The position numbers and the translations under genes are program-made. A DNA stretch of 64,000 bases from Amphiscolops sp. MND2022 (lineage: Eukaryota): NCBI GenBank assembly GCA_964187785.1, contig OZ076409.1, forward strand, positions 39,620,001-39,684,000, given 5' to 3'. Shown in pieces: positions 35,449 to 50,450 of the stretch; position 1 is the stretch's first letter; each line of letters begins with the position of its first letter. A model generated the notes under the pieces. It was given only the letters and a program-made list of their open reading frames with translations, did no database searches and was not told the origin of the DNA.

Positions 35449-38400
35449 CTAGTATCTGTAATTATCAGTAAAGTTGGGGTTAGGGTTAGGTCGAAGATTA
35501 TATTTCCCTTCTCTAGGGCTAGAATTTTCCTCATTTCTTTCATTTTCCGATATTCCGGGCACGGTAATATCTGCGCCTCTATTTGAAGCAATTTCTGTGC
35601 TTTCTAAATCATTAGTGGCGTCATTTTCATCTTCTGCCCTCATAGGCGATTCATTCAGGGAGGACGGTACGTCTCGGTTAGTGGCCGGTCTCGGCCCTAT
35701 TGTATTCTCGTTTGCGTCACTTTCATTATTTTCTGTCTCAATTGGCGTTTCGCTCAGCGGGGACGGTGCATCGTGTGTGGTGGTCGATTTCGGCTGTATC
35801 TCGTTTTCAATGACGTCATTTTCATTCCTTTTGCTGCTGCTACATTCGTCGTTGTTCGCGGTGCTGCTTTCATTTTCGGTGACGTAATAGTCTACTCCGC
35901 CCCTTGCGGCGTCATTCGGTAGGCGCGTGGCCGTGTGCGGCCAATCATCTTTTCTCGGCTCAAACAGCTCGTACTCAAAGTCCGCTTCCCATAAGATGGT
36001 GTATAGGTCATCTTGCGGTATTATTATTGATTCGTCAGGCTGTAATTTCTCTTCCTTGTACTTGTCCTCTAGTGGGGCGTTTGGAACGAATTTTTGGAGC
36101 CTGATACGGTGTAAGATTTGCGTCTTTTTCGTCTTTAAACGACGCACTATATAACTGTTGTTTGGTAACACCTTTTGAATAACAAAGGGACCAGTCCACC
36201 TGAAGTCCCTAAATGGAATTTTAGAGCCTTGAGTATCCGCTTTCGTTTGAAGCACAAAACAGAGGTCCTTTTCTTGTAGTGGAGCCGCTTTGGCCTTTCG
36301 GTCATAGTATTCTTTGTATTTTAAATAAGACTGCATAGTAATCTTTTTCGTCTGGTCAATGAAAATTTGCGTCCTCTGCTGCAGTTCTTCTGCGAATTCG
36401 GTTGTCGGTAGGAAATTTTTATTAGGATTATTTCCTAATTTATGATCAAGGACATTGTAGGGAATTCGGCCGTGAAAAACTTTGCTAGGCTCACAACCAA
36501 TACTAGAGTGATAAGTAGTGTTATAGTTGAGCACAGCTAATGGCAAATATTTGTGCCATTGTCGTCGATATTCCCCTGAGGCCCTTTTCAAATTAGTCTT
36601 CAGAGAGGCATGTGTCCTTTCGAGTTTGCCGATAGTTTGCGGGTGCTTGGTAGTTGCGCATTTTAGTGTTATTCCCAAAATTTCAGTGATTTCCTCTAAG
36701 ATCTTTGATGTAAATGCGGACCCCTTGTCCGTGATGAGGGTTGTCGGTAAATACGAATGTTTCGTCATAATATCAATTATTACCTTGGCTACATTTGCGG
36801 CTGTTGCCTCAATTAGCGGATAGGCAAATAAATATCTTGAGAATACATCTATTGCTGTCATCACTGTTTGGTATCCGCCGCTAGTTGGTAAATTTGGTAG
36901 TAAATCGATTTGCATGGCATCTTCTGGGCCTAGGTCTGATTCGGGCAAATTCAGTAGTTCGGGTGTGATTACCGTGTTGGGGACCCTTTTGTCCTTGGCA
37001 CATGTTTCGCAGCCTTCTACCCATTTTTTGACATGTTTTGCAATTCCGGGGTAGTAATATTTTTGGCGAATTTCCTGTAGCGTTTTAGAAATGCCCGGGT
37101 GGCGATGTGCCGTGCCATGTATTGCTTGTAATAGTTCTTTGAGTAAATGCTTTGACAATAAAATTTGGTGATATTTGACATGTCCGGTTTCGTCGTAGTA
37201 CTGCCGCGTCACTATTTCGTCTTTGAGGACTATTCGCTCGATGTTGTTCAAATAGTATTTGTACCTAATATCCTGTTGAAGGATTTCGCCAGAGTATATT
37301 TCTTTTTGAAGTTTCGCCTTCGGGTCTCGAGACTGTTCAAGAAGTATCTGATTCGTTCTTCACAATTTTTGTGTGAAGTTAGTGATTTCCTCAACCGTAT
37401 TCTCTGATATGGCGTCAATTTGAATTACTGTCTCAGGGACCATGAGTTCTTTTTTGGATTGCAGTTTCCGGTCCCAAATCTGTTGTTCTGTTTCATTGTC
37501 TTCTTCAGTAAAGAAGACTTGTTCTTCTTCAGATACCCCTGCTGATTGGACATTGACCTCGATCGGTCGGGTTTCGACGTCCTCACCTATTTTCAGAACT
37601 AACTTTTCAGTAGGGTCCATTTCCATACGGGACAGTTAGTCCGCTGCTGTGTTGTTTTTGCCTGGAAAGTGAGCTATGACAAAGTTGAATTGAATGACAA
37701 AATCACAAGCATTCCAGAGCGGCGGTGGGATTATTTTCGTCTGGAAAAACCTCGTGACCGATTTGTTATCTGTGAGAATAGTCACGGGTTGAGGGGTTCC
37801 CCAGAAAATATGTCCGAATTCGTTGAATGCGTAACAAATAGCCAGGAATTCCTTTGCATATATCGACATTTTGAGCTGAGAAGGAGTAAAAGTTTTGGAT
37901 CCGTATGCGATTGGTGCATAGGACTTTTTGTCAGAAGTGTATTTTTGATTTGGGTTGTCTTCGGTCAGTATGGCGTAACTGGCTGCCGTAAAACTTGCAT
38001 CGGTCATGAGGACCAGTTGTTTGTTGGGCAGTGGTTGTTTCAGTGCCAGTTGACTGCATCTGTCTAAATCTCTATTGATCTCATTGAATTGTTCAACCAG
38101 CTCTTGAGTGACTAGGACCGTTTCGTCTAGGTTTCGGATACTCTTGGTATATAATTCCTGTAATAGTTGAGGAAACCAAGATAGCGTTGTAGGGCCTTCT
38201 TGGACTTTGGGAATTTTGTCTTTTCCAAGAAGTTAGTAATTCTCTCTTTTTGGGGCCTTACACCTTCAGGTGTAATGGTTCTCGCGAGAAAGTCGATTTC
38301 AGTAGCGCCGAAGTGGCACTTGTGCATGGACAATTTCAATCCTGCTTCTCTGATACATTGGAATGTTGCTTAGATTGACGATGAGTTGGTTAGCGTCTGT

Positions 38401-39950
38401 CGCTGCGACACCGATATCATCTACATATTGAGCACATTGGTCTGCTTTGATAACGCGATCCAGGTATTCCCTCATAAAACTGGAGAAGGCCGACAGGGCT
38501 CGACTGAGTCCTTGGGCCAATCTCCTATATGCAAATGTTCTGCTGGCGAAGTTAAAGTCTAGCATTTCAATGGATTTCTGGTCCGCCATGGGAAGGCAAT
38601 GGTAAGCTTGGGAACAGTCGAGTTTGCAAAAAAGTTTCTTGCCAGCCAAGGTGCTGACTGTGTGGTTGTTACTGACGTAGTCATCCGAAATCAGGTTATT
38701 GATTTTTCTCAAATCCATCAACAGTCTCAGTTTCCCGTTAGGTTTTTTCTGCGCGAATATTGGACTGGCGTACTTTGAGAATGGTAGTGTTGTTATGATC
38801 CCATATTTATTGAGTAACGCCAGTTCGACCAATATGTCCTCTTTGAGGTTGACCGGAGTAGGTAGGCTCTGACTGTAAGCAGGTGACTCGTCCTTTGGGG
38901 TCAGTTTGACCGTAAATTCCTCGTTGACGCCAACGTCAAATCTATGGCGTGCAAAAATATCATGAAATTCTACTAGTAATGTTTCTAGTTGTCTGATCTC
39001 ATGTTGTTGTAACATTGAGTCTTTCCAGTCAAAATTGCTAAGGAATTTTCGACGGGATTCCGCATCGTCATGCGGGTTGAGTTTCTCTAAATTTTGCAGG
39101 CTTCGTAATTCTTTGAGAATTTTTGTTGTATTGGGGTATGGGTCGTTTCATCCCCTGGGTTTTCAGGCGTCGGGAACCAATATTGTTTGTATTGGTCGTT
39201 TTTTCTATTAGCTTTAAGAAGGCTGCTGATATAATAAATAGCGTCTTCTTCGTTTTCATTCAGTAAATGCCATGTGGACATTGGGTCTTTTGGCCTGACA
39301 TGTTTCATCTGTTCGGGAGTCATTACTGAGAAATTTGTGATATGCATCCCTTTTTTGAGTTTATAGGGCTGGTCTGTGAAATTGTTGACGTGTGTCTTCA
39401 TAGCCCCTTCATGTAGTGTGACTATGGCGGCACAAAAGGTTATGTCGCATTCTTCATGCAGAAGATCGCTGGGTTGTAGTATGCCCGTAACTGCATTTTC
39501 TGCGTAGATTTGAGATTGGATAGGTATGACTACATTGTCATTTGGTGGAAGTGTGACATCTTCAGAGTTGAGGATTAGTTCCAATACACTTGAGTATTTG
39601 TGGTCAGCCGTCTTGAGTTGCATCGAGAAGTAGGGAAAATTAAGAAAACCTTGGCGCATGTCCAGGACGGTGTGGTTCCTTTGGAGGAACATCAGTCCGA
39701 TTGTAGGGCTAGACAATTTTTCCATTACAATGAAGATTTCATGAAATTCTATGTCGCCCACTTCGAACTTTAGTTCGACGGTACTCTTCGGGGTTTCTAA
39801 GTCTCCATTTGCGACCATAATTTGGAAAGACGGGGCAGGACCTTCTTTTACTATGGATTGAGGGGCCAATAGGCGTATTTTCCTGAGGTCTGCTTCCGGT
39901 ATTGCACTGGAGTGGGCCCAGTGTCAAATTAGGCCGTCTAGAGGTAATTC
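35449..39950 (-). pseudogene. pol: Gypsy pol (protease-RT-RNase H-integrase), frameshifted
   Basis: DTG protease motif near 39925 (frameshifted); YASPIF, KLDCSQAYH, QYVDD; TDAS, YAKEFLA, TDNK; H..H..C..C, QIDLL, TDKGSAF, LERTH, GPF. Confidence 0.93.
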
Positions 39951-42217
39951 CCCAAAATCCATTGGGAAATAGAGCATTCGTCGTTTAAATTTAAGTCCAA
40001 GGTTTGTTGAGAGGGGAACATATGATGGTTCTCCTTCTTTGGCCACTAAAAGATGTAAGAAAGACGTTTCATCTAAAAGGCTATTAGAAGCATTGTGGTC
40101 TTCCTGTCGGTGTGTGGCGTCTACTTCTGCTATCGTTGCCTCAAAGTTCGGTTGCCAAAGATCAATAAGGGCTCGAGATAGTGTATTGTCTGGTATTGCA
40201 GGATCATCCTCGTCATCTGTTGGAGGATAATCTTCAGTGCGAAACTGTAGGTTACTCTTGTCGTAAATTTCGTCGTCCCAGTACGGATCTTTGCCAAACT
40301 CGGGGTCGTAATACTGAGGGTTATAATCTTCGATAGTTTGTAGGGGTCTGAATTGAATTTCGGAGTCATTGTGATTGCTATTGCGTCGATATAAGTATGG
40401 GTGGTCACTGTGGTTAATATATTGAGTTTCCATGCGGGCGTTGTCCATCTGCTGCTGCCAGACAGTCGATGGCATTCCTGTGGTGTCGTTTTGAGTTTGT
40501 TTATAAATAATGTTTGGTGGGTCAGATATGACATATTGTCCCACTGACATCTGGTTGCAAACTTGGCCTGAAGGTGTAGTTTCAGGGTAAGATGACTTCT
40601 TGGACGATTTCTCATCCCCGGAAGTTTCATCGGCATTATCTTCGGGTCGTGTTTTTTTGGGACGTAAATGTGCCCCAGCTCCTTTCCAGCACCTCTCAGC
40701 AGGGTGATTCGTTTTCTTGCAAGTGGGGCATTCTGGGTATGTTGGACGTTGGGGCTTTTTGCCGTTTTTGTCCGCCAGTTCTTTCTTCTTTTTCAATTTG
40801 GGGCAGCTCTTATAGAAGTGGCCTGTGGCTTTACAATAAGAGCATTGTGCGTCCTTGTTGGTGTTTATTCCGTTAGACAGTAGGTTGTTATTACTAGTGG
40901 ACGCAGAGGCCATTGTGGCCATTGGTAAGTCATCTGAATCTTCCAATGCATTGAGTTCAAGCTCTCTTTCAAGATGAGCTACGATTTCTTCGTATGTATC
41001 GTTCTCCAGGCGGGCCATGTTGACAGATCGTTTGAGTTTTGGAGGCAATTTTGCGTACAATAAGCTGTCAATCATGCTCTTTGCATTTTCACCAAATGCC
41101 TTTTCTGCCCCCTGGTTGAGTTCCTCCAAGAAATCCGGCACTTTCATGGTATTTGTGTCAAAGGTCAACCGATGCCATTTGTGTTTTGCCGTTGCTTGGG
41201 ATTCCGGTTTAACATATTTCCTCCGGAATATGACCAGCACATCCTCAAGTGTTTGAAGGTTGATTGAGTATATGTTCCTGAAGGTCTGCAGGGCCCCTTT
41301 CCTGAGCAAAGAATGAAAATGGTTGATTTTCATTTGCTCTGTCATGGCCGGATGCATTTCGATCATTGTGTGGAACAAGTCCTCAAAAAGTTCAAATTTC
41401 TCGCTTTTCCCATCAAACGTCATTAGTGTGGTTTGGACTGGTCGGATGGTCATTGTTTGTGGTTTATTTTGCAGATTGACCAGGACGTCGGCCAGTCTGT
41501 TCAATGGGTCCTGTGGGGTTGCAGGAACCTCTGGTTCTGGGGCTGGCAGAGTGGTGTCCAAAGAGACATTAAGGTTGGATTGCGGTCTCTCCAGGTTCGG
41601 GATTGAGTGGATTCGTCCGGTCAGAAAATCGGGAATTTGCTGTTGGGTTTCGTTAGCTCCTGTCACCATGTAGTGACCGGTGGCCGTGGTGTCTCTTAAA
41701 TCACCAACAGACCTTGAGTCCTTTTTTGTTATTTTTGATCTCAACCCGGATGGATGTTCCCTATTTTCCTGACTACAAGGGGACATACTGGCCTCAGTGT
41801 CCCTGTTCCCTGAAAAAGACATAGAACTCACAATGTTCTTGAATTTCAAGAAAAGTTCTCTCCGTGATGGCATCACTGATACCCCAATTTATTTGACTAT
41901 GCATCATGGACATCATTGAATCCATCTCTTGTGATAGTCTAAGATTGAATTCATTTGAGAAGGTCTCAAGGGATTGTCTAATGTCATTTTGCCTGGGAGG
42001 TTATTTTCATAGCGAAACTAGCATACTGATTTCCAAAGTGCTCATTCGACTCTACATCTCCCTGTACCGATGATTGTTCAATAGCATCAGCTAATTCTCT
42101 TTCTATGGGGTTGTTAATCCCATTTCCTAGCATCACGTCCATATTTTCTATATCGGACAGCATGTCCACCTCTCTAGATTTTCTAGCTTTTGCTATCTGG
42201 CGTCTGGTAGAAGGCAT
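39950..42217 (-). pseudogene. gag: Gypsy gag with two CCHC knuckles, frameshifted near the N-terminus
   Basis: ATG at 42217 (MPSTRRQ); TFDGKSEKFELFEDLF; CSYCKATGHFYKSC and CPTCKKTNHPAERC. Confidence 0.88.
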
Positions 42218-45200
42218 AAGATTATTGCAAGAGTAAAGAATTTGAATTGGAATCTTTAGGCTTGCAAACAAAATTTTATTCGGTTATTTAACAACGAACT
42301 GACTGTGACTTCTTGTAGGAAAATTTTCTCCCCGGGACCACGAGTCCCGGTTATTTATAATCAACCTAGCATGACGTACATAAAATTGGATGTCATCAGT
42401 CTAATTTTAGCAACAAATATTCTAAAAATAGACACGAGGGACAACGTGTCTTTACAAATATAATAGCGTAATCCTAATAATAGTAACTGCCATGACGTAA
42501 TTGATTTACACACGTTTATACGTATGTAGCAACTACGTTCATGATTGTTCATGTGGCCCTTCAGGCCGTTCAATTGAGTTTCATCAGCAACATTACATGT
42601 AGAGCAATTCATGTTAAATTACATCTAACAGATACGTATAAGGATGGTACATAGACATATGGGCTACTATTTATGGTTTCTCATAATACAAACTGCTCAT
42701 ATAGTTCCTCATCCAGAAGATTCTGGAAGAGAAGAGAGAAGGGGGGAAAAGGACTAAAAGTCCTTTTGTGATCTCGGTGACAGAATTTAATCAGAGTATA
42801 TGTATTGCTTCTGAGATAGCACACTATTAACTCTAATGTTTGCACCGCTTTCCATTCAACTTTGGACTCAGTGTCCGCGCGCCTTTATTTGGTATAAAAA
42901 TAGCGTCGATTTGGCGGCATATGGCCTTTGAGTCCCTTAATTTAGAATACAGCACAGGAATGAATGAGCAAGTAAGTGAATAGCGCGCTGTGATTGGTTG
43001 AGAGATTGGACGTTCAGCGCGTTCAGCGAGACAGGAGAGGAAACATTTGAACTCGTTTCCTCTACCTGTACGCCTTGGTGTCCAATTTCTTAACTGCTGT
43101 GCATATCTATCATAATTTTACATGTATTAATACATCAGATTCAACATTCAAATGTATATTTTACATGACAATTTCCGAATAATTATCACAAAGTGTTTCA
43201 AATTTGATAATATAAAAGCTCCAAGTAAAATGTTGTATATGTAAAATCAATCATAGTAGAATGAGTTTATAGTTCATCTTCTGTGGCTTTTGGACTGTTA
43301 GTCCTTTCTTCAGTTTATTGGAAGCGTACCAGGGAGAGTACCATAGTTGTATCCGACCGAATACCAGTTGCCATCGCAGGCGGCAGCCCGCGACGCATAG
43401 TAGTTTTGAACTTCGCAAGCGTTTTGTACGGCACATTGACCCTGAACACTCTGAGTTTTGAAACTATCACTGGCAAGAGAACTCCGAAAGGTCCATTTGT
43501 TGACCAAAAACGATACCGATAAAGTGAATTAAATTACAACATAATTATTATTATGTAACTTCAAGCAAACGGGATACATGCTAGAGCCGGGACAATGCCT
43601 AGGTTGCTTTGACAAGAGACCATAGTCTTACTACAAGCCTAGACATCAGCTTTTCTCTCAAAAGTGATCTCTTAGGGGGACTTTCCTGACGTCGAGGAGG
43701 CTTCTCATTCTGAGGCGACGTGCCGGCACACTCAGAATCTCTCCCACAAGCAAGTAAAAACGATTCCTGAGGTTCCTGCGACTACTCCCGGGGTACAAAA
43801 AGGCATTTATCTGAAATACATTATATTGGGTCTAAAGGGAGATAAAACAGTAGATCTAGAAGATCACACATCACCAAATACCTGAAAACTGTAACAAAAC
43901 AACAATAATAAGCCGAGATCACATCTAGAGCAGTCGCAGCGAGTTTTGTGTCTCCGGTACAGTTTGTACAAAAACTCCATTCTTCTGATTTCCGGGAATG
44001 CCTGCATTCTCTTCTGAGCTTAAGATGGTACACACTCAAGTTGGACTGTTTTTCACATTCGGAAAAAATATTTTGTCTTTCTCGATGTTTTTTTTCAATC
44101 TTTCTGCTTTCGGATGTTCTCTGCGCGTGTTGGTCGTGTAACGTCTTCTTGACTGATTTTGGGGTGCCTGCCATGTCGGCCATGTCACAATTAGATTTTT
44201 TCAAAAATTTCGAACATGTGCCATCAAACTGGTGGACGTTAAACTGAATCATAATGATTTTTTCATCTTTGTGACAACTATTTTTTTCCTGATGATACTG
44301 TTTGAAAACAACAAAATGAGCCAGCAGTTCAAAAATGAGCTTGAAGTCACGCCACTCTCATCTGTTGAAAACATCCAATATAAACAATAAAAGCAAGCAC
44401 TTCTACTTCCGCTTCATTAAATTTGGAATTTTATTTTCAGGTCGCAGAAAAAGGCGATTATCCTCAAAAATTCGATTCGTCAGTTGAAGTGGCAGTCAAG
44501 AATGTAAAGTGTTTATTGGAAAATGCGCCATATTGCTCAAAACAGGTGAAAAAAAGAAGTTCGAAAATGCTATTTGAGTGTCTGACAAGTGCTTCCGTAC
44601 CTACACGAACGCATAAAAACTTGTGGCAGGTATTTGCCGACACAAAGCATCTATCTCAAATTTTTTTTCAAAATCTGAACATTCGATGCATCGGGTCCAA
44701 CAGCGTCTCTCTGTTTTGCACTATTGTCAGTGCATTTTTTGTAGATTTGGGGCAGAAATTTTGCAAGGGGTTGCTTTCAGAGTATAGTTCCCAGGACAAA
44801 GGTGCTGGTTTTGAGATCAAAATGCCCATCAATTTTGCTAATAGCAAGCGGGGGACAATCGAAGGAAATTACAGGAAACACCTTCCAAAAACGTATATAA
44901 ATGAAGTTATACATACATTGGTATCCAAGCAATCAGCTACAAACATTTGCAAATTTTTCAGTACCTTCACATAATTGCACGCGGGTTTCTATGTGCCGCT
45001 TTGAGAGGCCGTTTTAGATGAGTTCTGAATGAGTTCACCTTCATTTAGTGAACTTTGTTCCTTTTTGAGACATTTGTTCTATGGGTTTGGTCAAAATTCA
45101 ACTTATCGATTGGAAACTATTTTCAACCCTGTGATAAAGTTTTAACAAATTTTTTGATCTGATAATTTCCTGAGCAAGACATTTTCAATGCTATACACCA

Positions 45201-45943
45201 ATATTTCCTCTAAGCTTCAGTAATTGAAAATGCTGGTGTTCTTCAGTGGTTATTCCACCAATCTACGTATATTCTTCAGTATGTTTACGGAGTCAACACT
45301 CACAGCAGCTAGTGGTACTTTCAACAGAAAACGGGAAACGGGTGTTGACTAATCAATAGGTCCTCTTCGAACTTTTTCTGCCTTTGTTGAAATTGCTTGA
45401 ACTTTTTGCATTGCAACAATATTTTTAAAATATTTTTCTAAAACACTTACGGAAACTTTCACAATGAAATATTTCCCTGTTCTATTCGACTTGTATCAAG
45501 CTGCTTGAAAGAAGCATCCTATATTTGGCGGCAGTTTTAGTTCTTGAAGTTATGCAGGTTTCATAATTTTATTTTGAATTAAGTTGCTATCAGTTTCACA
45601 GCTATTGTACTGCTTAATACCTTCAGTCACGTAATAAACTGCGAAATAGCATCGTTTTGCGAGCTATTTGCCAAGCGGTTATCACATCTGATAAGTAGTT
45701 CAGAAAACAACGTGTAGATGCAACGTGATCGTGTCGGCAGCGGAGTATAATTATTTTCAATTTTTGTTGCAATGGTAAGAACTGCAATGTATTCCTAGAA
45801 AACTTACAACATGAAGCTTACTGAACTTTCTAAGATTTATAGACAAGACCTCTGTAAAAGGTTCCTGCAATCTCGACTAAGGTTAGTATTCTATTTTTAA
45901 ATAATTTATCAAGTTCAACAACACGTCAACAAAGAATAACCCA

Positions 45944-48310
45944 TGTTGAGCACTCCCTGTCAATCTGTACAGATCTATGCAGATCCTGAAATATTCTATC
46001 CTCTAATATTCTATTCGAAAATTAACCATACGAATATTGTATTCTAGACTTGTTTTCTGAAATAGCTTCTTTCCATATCAAACGTAAGTAACAAAACATA
46101 AATAGATATAATAAAATTTTATATCAGATATATTTTGTTTGTAAATAACGGCAGGTAATTGTTTTTGACCGAAACTCGGTAGAGATTAAATGTCTAGTCC
46201 GGTATTTGACAGTTGAACCTTATAACATTTCCTCTTCTCTCTCGGGCTTCTTCAGAGTGTGGAGGGTTCGAGTGATGTCATGTCACCCGGGAGAAATTCC
46301 TGCTGTTTCTGCATCAGCTGGGACAGTGGTTGTGGGGTGCCCTTTAAACGACTCCAAATTGGTCCTGTAAGAAAAATGTTTTAGTCACATATAAAAGTTT
46401 CCCTGGTATGGTACACTACCGTATTTATTCGGTTTATTTATGTTTCGATTTGACCGTCTAATTGTAATTGAATTCGCACCCTGCGGTATTTCTCCGTCGG
46501 TGTGTATTTGTAGAAAGTCATTCTCGGGATCAGTCCGGATCGCTTCGAATCGGCCGTCTCTCTCTGACGTGTCATACACTCATCCAGTTTCCTCCGGTAT
46601 CTCTTCTTCTTCATCGTCGTCATTCTCATTGTCTTCCGAATCTGTCTCGGTGCGCTTTTTGTTTTGTACGATTCGGAGTTTCCCGTTGAGCATATCGCGC
46701 AGAATCGCATCCCACTTCCCGTATTTGCCGTCTAGTCCGTCAGCCAGTGACAGTTCTTTGGGGTTATTTCTGCTGATACTGCTGTTCCGATCTCTCTTCG
46801 GTGTCTTTTTCGCTCTGAAACAGGGGCTCCGAAATTTTTCGATGTATTACTTTTCCCGTATCAGTTTTTACGGTATTTTCAGTCCCGCTTATAGCGGTTT
46901 GTATTTTTGATTAAAATTTCCATTCTAGGGATTTCCGGTTGCGTCTTTTGTCAACAAAATTGAAATGATATCTAACCGGTATTTTTTTCTTCGATGATTT
47001 GGTTTCCGAAGACAAATGCCGTTCCATTACAGTTCACAGGCAAGCTATTTTGCTGCTTTTCGTGGAATCCGGGACACGAAAATTGAGAAAAGTCGTGGAA
47101 TCCAGGACAAAAATCCTTACGTTTTTGTGGAATCCGGGACACCGCTGCATGCCGACAGTTCGTACAGCTAAGCATTTGTTACTGGAATCCACGACTAAAT
47201 CCGTGGAATCCGGGACAAATGACGTATTTTGCCAATTTTGCACGGTTAAAGGTATGGTCGTGGATTCCGAGGTATTGAAAGCACAAAATTGTGCTTTGAG
47301 CAAATTTAGCTTGCCTGTGCACTGTAATGTCTTCGGTCTTTGTGCGGACCATTATCATATGATTGGTGATCTCTCCTTCGGCGTCCTTACCGACATATAT
47401 CGGTATTTTTGGCTTGTTATGCGCTAAAGTGGACAAATCTGACCAATCTAATAAGAACGATTTTCCGTTTTTTTATATTTGCTAATTCCGTTCTCGGTTT
47501 TCTCAATCACGTTTCACAATCACGTACGGTGGTGTAATTCAATTGGTGTTTTTTTCAGCCCCGTGTGTATTGTAAATCGCATTACTTTTCATGCTCAGTT
47601 TACGCTTTCGGTTAAGTTATTTCCGTCTTCCATGTTTGCCAACAGTAAACTGTTCATAGTTTGTATTGCTCTTTCTTCTGTACCGTTTCCGGTATGCATT
47701 TGTGGTGGGCAGTATTCAATTTCTTTATTCCGGGATTTACAAAATTCTTTGTATGCGGACGATACAGATGCCCCCCTTTGTCGGATTTTATTTTCTCGGG
47801 GATTCCGTGTAGGTTAAAATGGTTTGTCAGAAAACTTATTCCATCTTTTGTTTCGACTGATTTACAAATTTTCGCAAACCGATCTATTGCTATTAATATT
47901 AGAGATTCTCAGTTTAAATGTTTGTTGTGTAATTTTACCGTAAAATCTATTTGTATTTCTCGTCCCGGTTCAGTTAGTTTTCGAACTTTCCGTGTTGTTT
48001 TTTTTGGAATTTGATATTTAAGGTTCTTGTCTGTGGCGAGGCAAGCAGTACAGTTTTTAATTTTTTGTTCTATATCCTTCCGCATTTCCGGCCACCAGAA
48101 GATTTTTGCATCCGATAACATCTTTGTTATGCCGGAGTGACCGAAATGTGATATGTCGATCAGTCTTCTTCTCAAGTGAATGGGTACGCCGATTTGGTCG
48201 TCCACGAAGACTAGACCCCACCGGATTGATAATTTGTCAAAGACCGATCTATATCCTTCCGGCACCGTATCTCTTTCTTCTCTCCGCATGCTTGCTCGGA
48301 CTATTGTCAT
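45944..48310 (-). mobile_element. Degenerate Gypsy 3' fragment (integrase, tail, probable 3' LTR 46227-45944)
   Basis: HFGHSGITKM..WWPEM..CTAC..IQIDF; tail IRRSNRNINKPNKYG; PPT agagaagaggaaa before TGTTATA at 46227. Confidence 0.8.
47025..47329. mobile_element. 305-bp CACTA/CMC-like MITE
   Basis: 21-bp TIRs CATTACAGT(T/G)CACAGGCAAGC with 1 mismatch; 2-bp TSD tc; multiple gtggaatccgggac motifs. Confidence 0.85.
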
Positions 48311-49974
48311 TTCTGGACTTACAAGTTAGTTGAAGAAGACCAATGCAATACATTGTTTCCCTAGAAGCTCCAGAAGAAATAGTAATGAAAAATCTGTACA
48401 AAAAATGTTTGAACATTTGTAAAGATCTTGCAGATCTGCAGCTCTCCTTACGTGGCAGTGGCACGATCTTTACAAATCCTTAATGAAAAAGTCGTACAGG
48501 TCTGTACAGATTCTGGAGGAAAACTCGACATGGGAAGTTACTGGAAAATGTAAGTACAGTGTTGTTCTAACAGAATGCTACTGTTGCGTAAAAAGTCAAC
48601 TTTCGTTGTTTAATATCTCAAAAAGTATTCGGACACGACAAATTTGTAAAATGTATGTTTCTTCAAAAAACGACGCTCCGCTCAGAGATCAAAAAGAGCC
48701 ACGTTTTGAAATTATTTGCGGAAACATAGCTGAGTGGAAAATCGATTGTGGAAAATAGTTTTCTGAACTGGAAACATCGAAAGAACTTAAATCTTGACAA
48801 AATTTTTTCTTTCAAGAAATCTCATAAATCGGGAAAACTTAGGAGACACACTTTTTTAAATACGCAGAGACGATATTGTCAAAACTGTCACATTTACTGA
48901 GCTAAAGAAAACACAAAGGGATACACATGAAACTCAAAACCAATTTTTTTCTGAATGGAAACATCACAAAACAAAGTTTGTGGAAAAAATCGATTTTTTT
49001 CGAAAGAAAGTCTCAAAATGCCAAAAAAGGAACTTCAAGCTCGCAAAATGCTTTTTACAAGCCAACAATGTCTTCAGAAATAAAGATTTACCCTTTGAGC
49101 GAATCGAACTTTTTTTCGACAAAAAAGTTTCATAGTGGGGAAAAACAGTAGGTCTTTTAAGAAACAGGTATTAGGGAAACTTTCATCAGTCCCACAGGAC
49201 GAAGCAAGAACCGAAGTTGTTACTCTTAAGGCTTTGAGAAGGAATTTCCTTAATAAACAATCTCAAAAAACGTGATATTAATTGCGAAAAAACGTTTCAA
49301 CTTCTTTGATATCAAGAATTTTTTCAAAAAATGTATTTGATAAGTCGCATAGTACCGAAAAATCTAAAGAGCTCCCAATGCTCGCAAAACGCTGTTTCTA
49401 GTAAAAATTGAAGGAGGGCAACTCTGTTGTTTCGGAAACATTCAGAAAAGTCTGGGACATTTAGTCGTTCCTCTGCCTTTGCAGGCATAAAGAAAAAACT
49501 CTACACAAAACGTCTCAGAGTGCGGAAAAATGCGAAAGAGTTGGTTGTAGATCAAAATAACCAAAAAGGGACTCCAAAAAGGGAAAAATTCTCACAATGG
49601 CGAAAAGAACCTGCGAAACCAAACCTTCTGAGTTGTCTAGCAACGACAAAAACATTAAAAACTACGGTACCCAGAAGTGGCACCCTTTGGAAGCACCCGA
49701 GATTGCTTTCTAGTAAGGTAGGAAGGCCTGGAGAAATTCAGTGAAAATGGACCTTCCAGTATGAGGTCCGGAGAAAAAAGTTCACTGTACGAGTCGGGCA
49801 TTTTTTGTTCCACAAAAAGTGCCAACAAAACACCTTCAAATCTATCAAACATACTGATATTATCGGTTTCTAGAATCATTCAGAATGCTGCTAATGGAGG
49901 CTGTTTTCAGAAGTTCAAATCTAATATCTTTATACTTGTATTTTCAAAATTCCGCTTCTAAATTTTGATGTTTT

Positions 49975-50450
49975 TAGTCGGCGCGTTTTCGTTTCAAGGA
50001 AAAATGCCCGACGATAACTGACTTTTTTCAGACCGCATACCTCACACTGATCGTTCCACTTTTTGGAAACATTCCTGAAACCACTTAAGGACAAGTCCGG
50101 CTACGACAAACGTAGTGCAAAGGGTCCCTCCTTTCATTTTTTTTTACTTTTTTTACGTAACCTACAAAACCGGACGAGACTAAAGGGTCCCCCTTTCGAT
50201 TTTTTTTCGGCACTGTGCGACTTTTTTTCGAAAATTTTTCCATGTCCCCAAAGGGTCCCTCGTCGAGGTTTTTGTTATTTTGAAACAGAATGTATGTTAA
50301 TAAATCCAAAAGGATCCCCATTTACATTTTTCTGCACTATGCGAAATTTTTCGAAAGAAAAAAATTTCAAGTTTTTTTTTCCAAAAAAGTGATTTGCGCT
50401 TCTCGAGCCTTAGATATAGCGCCGACTTTAGACGTTCTCGTCTTATTTCC
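49975..50450 (+). repeat. Interspersed repeat rich in GGGTCCC motifs
   Basis: Both ends match 52000-52405 in reverse complement (agtcggcgc...; tatagcgccgac...agacgttc...cttatt). Confidence 0.75.

Larger units (their letters stand above)
28575..43395 (-). mobile_element. ~14.8-kb Ty3/Gypsy LTR retrotransposon with two extra genes between pol and the 3' LTR
   Basis: Direct repeats 28575-29310 and 42659-43395, about 20 differences in ~735 bp by eye. PPT ccagggggag precedes TGTCGCGG at 29310. The 3' LTR is truncated at 28575, so no TSD can be seen. Confidence 0.92.

Noticed and set aside
42332..42350. Hairpin ccgggac-cacga-gtcccgg / TGGTCCCGGGGA as the PBS of the big Gypsy element
   Set aside because: No adjacent LTR-terminal CA and no tRNA match I can support; the inner end of the 5' LTR stays undefined.
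43554..43820. TGT...ACA-bounded segment as a solo LTR
   Set aside because: The flanks (tatta / ttata) do not give a convincing 4-5-bp TSD, and there is no second copy in the window.
43821..45900. ORFs 43821-44252 and 44423-44974
   Set aside because: No recognisable motifs; probably decayed repeat DNA.
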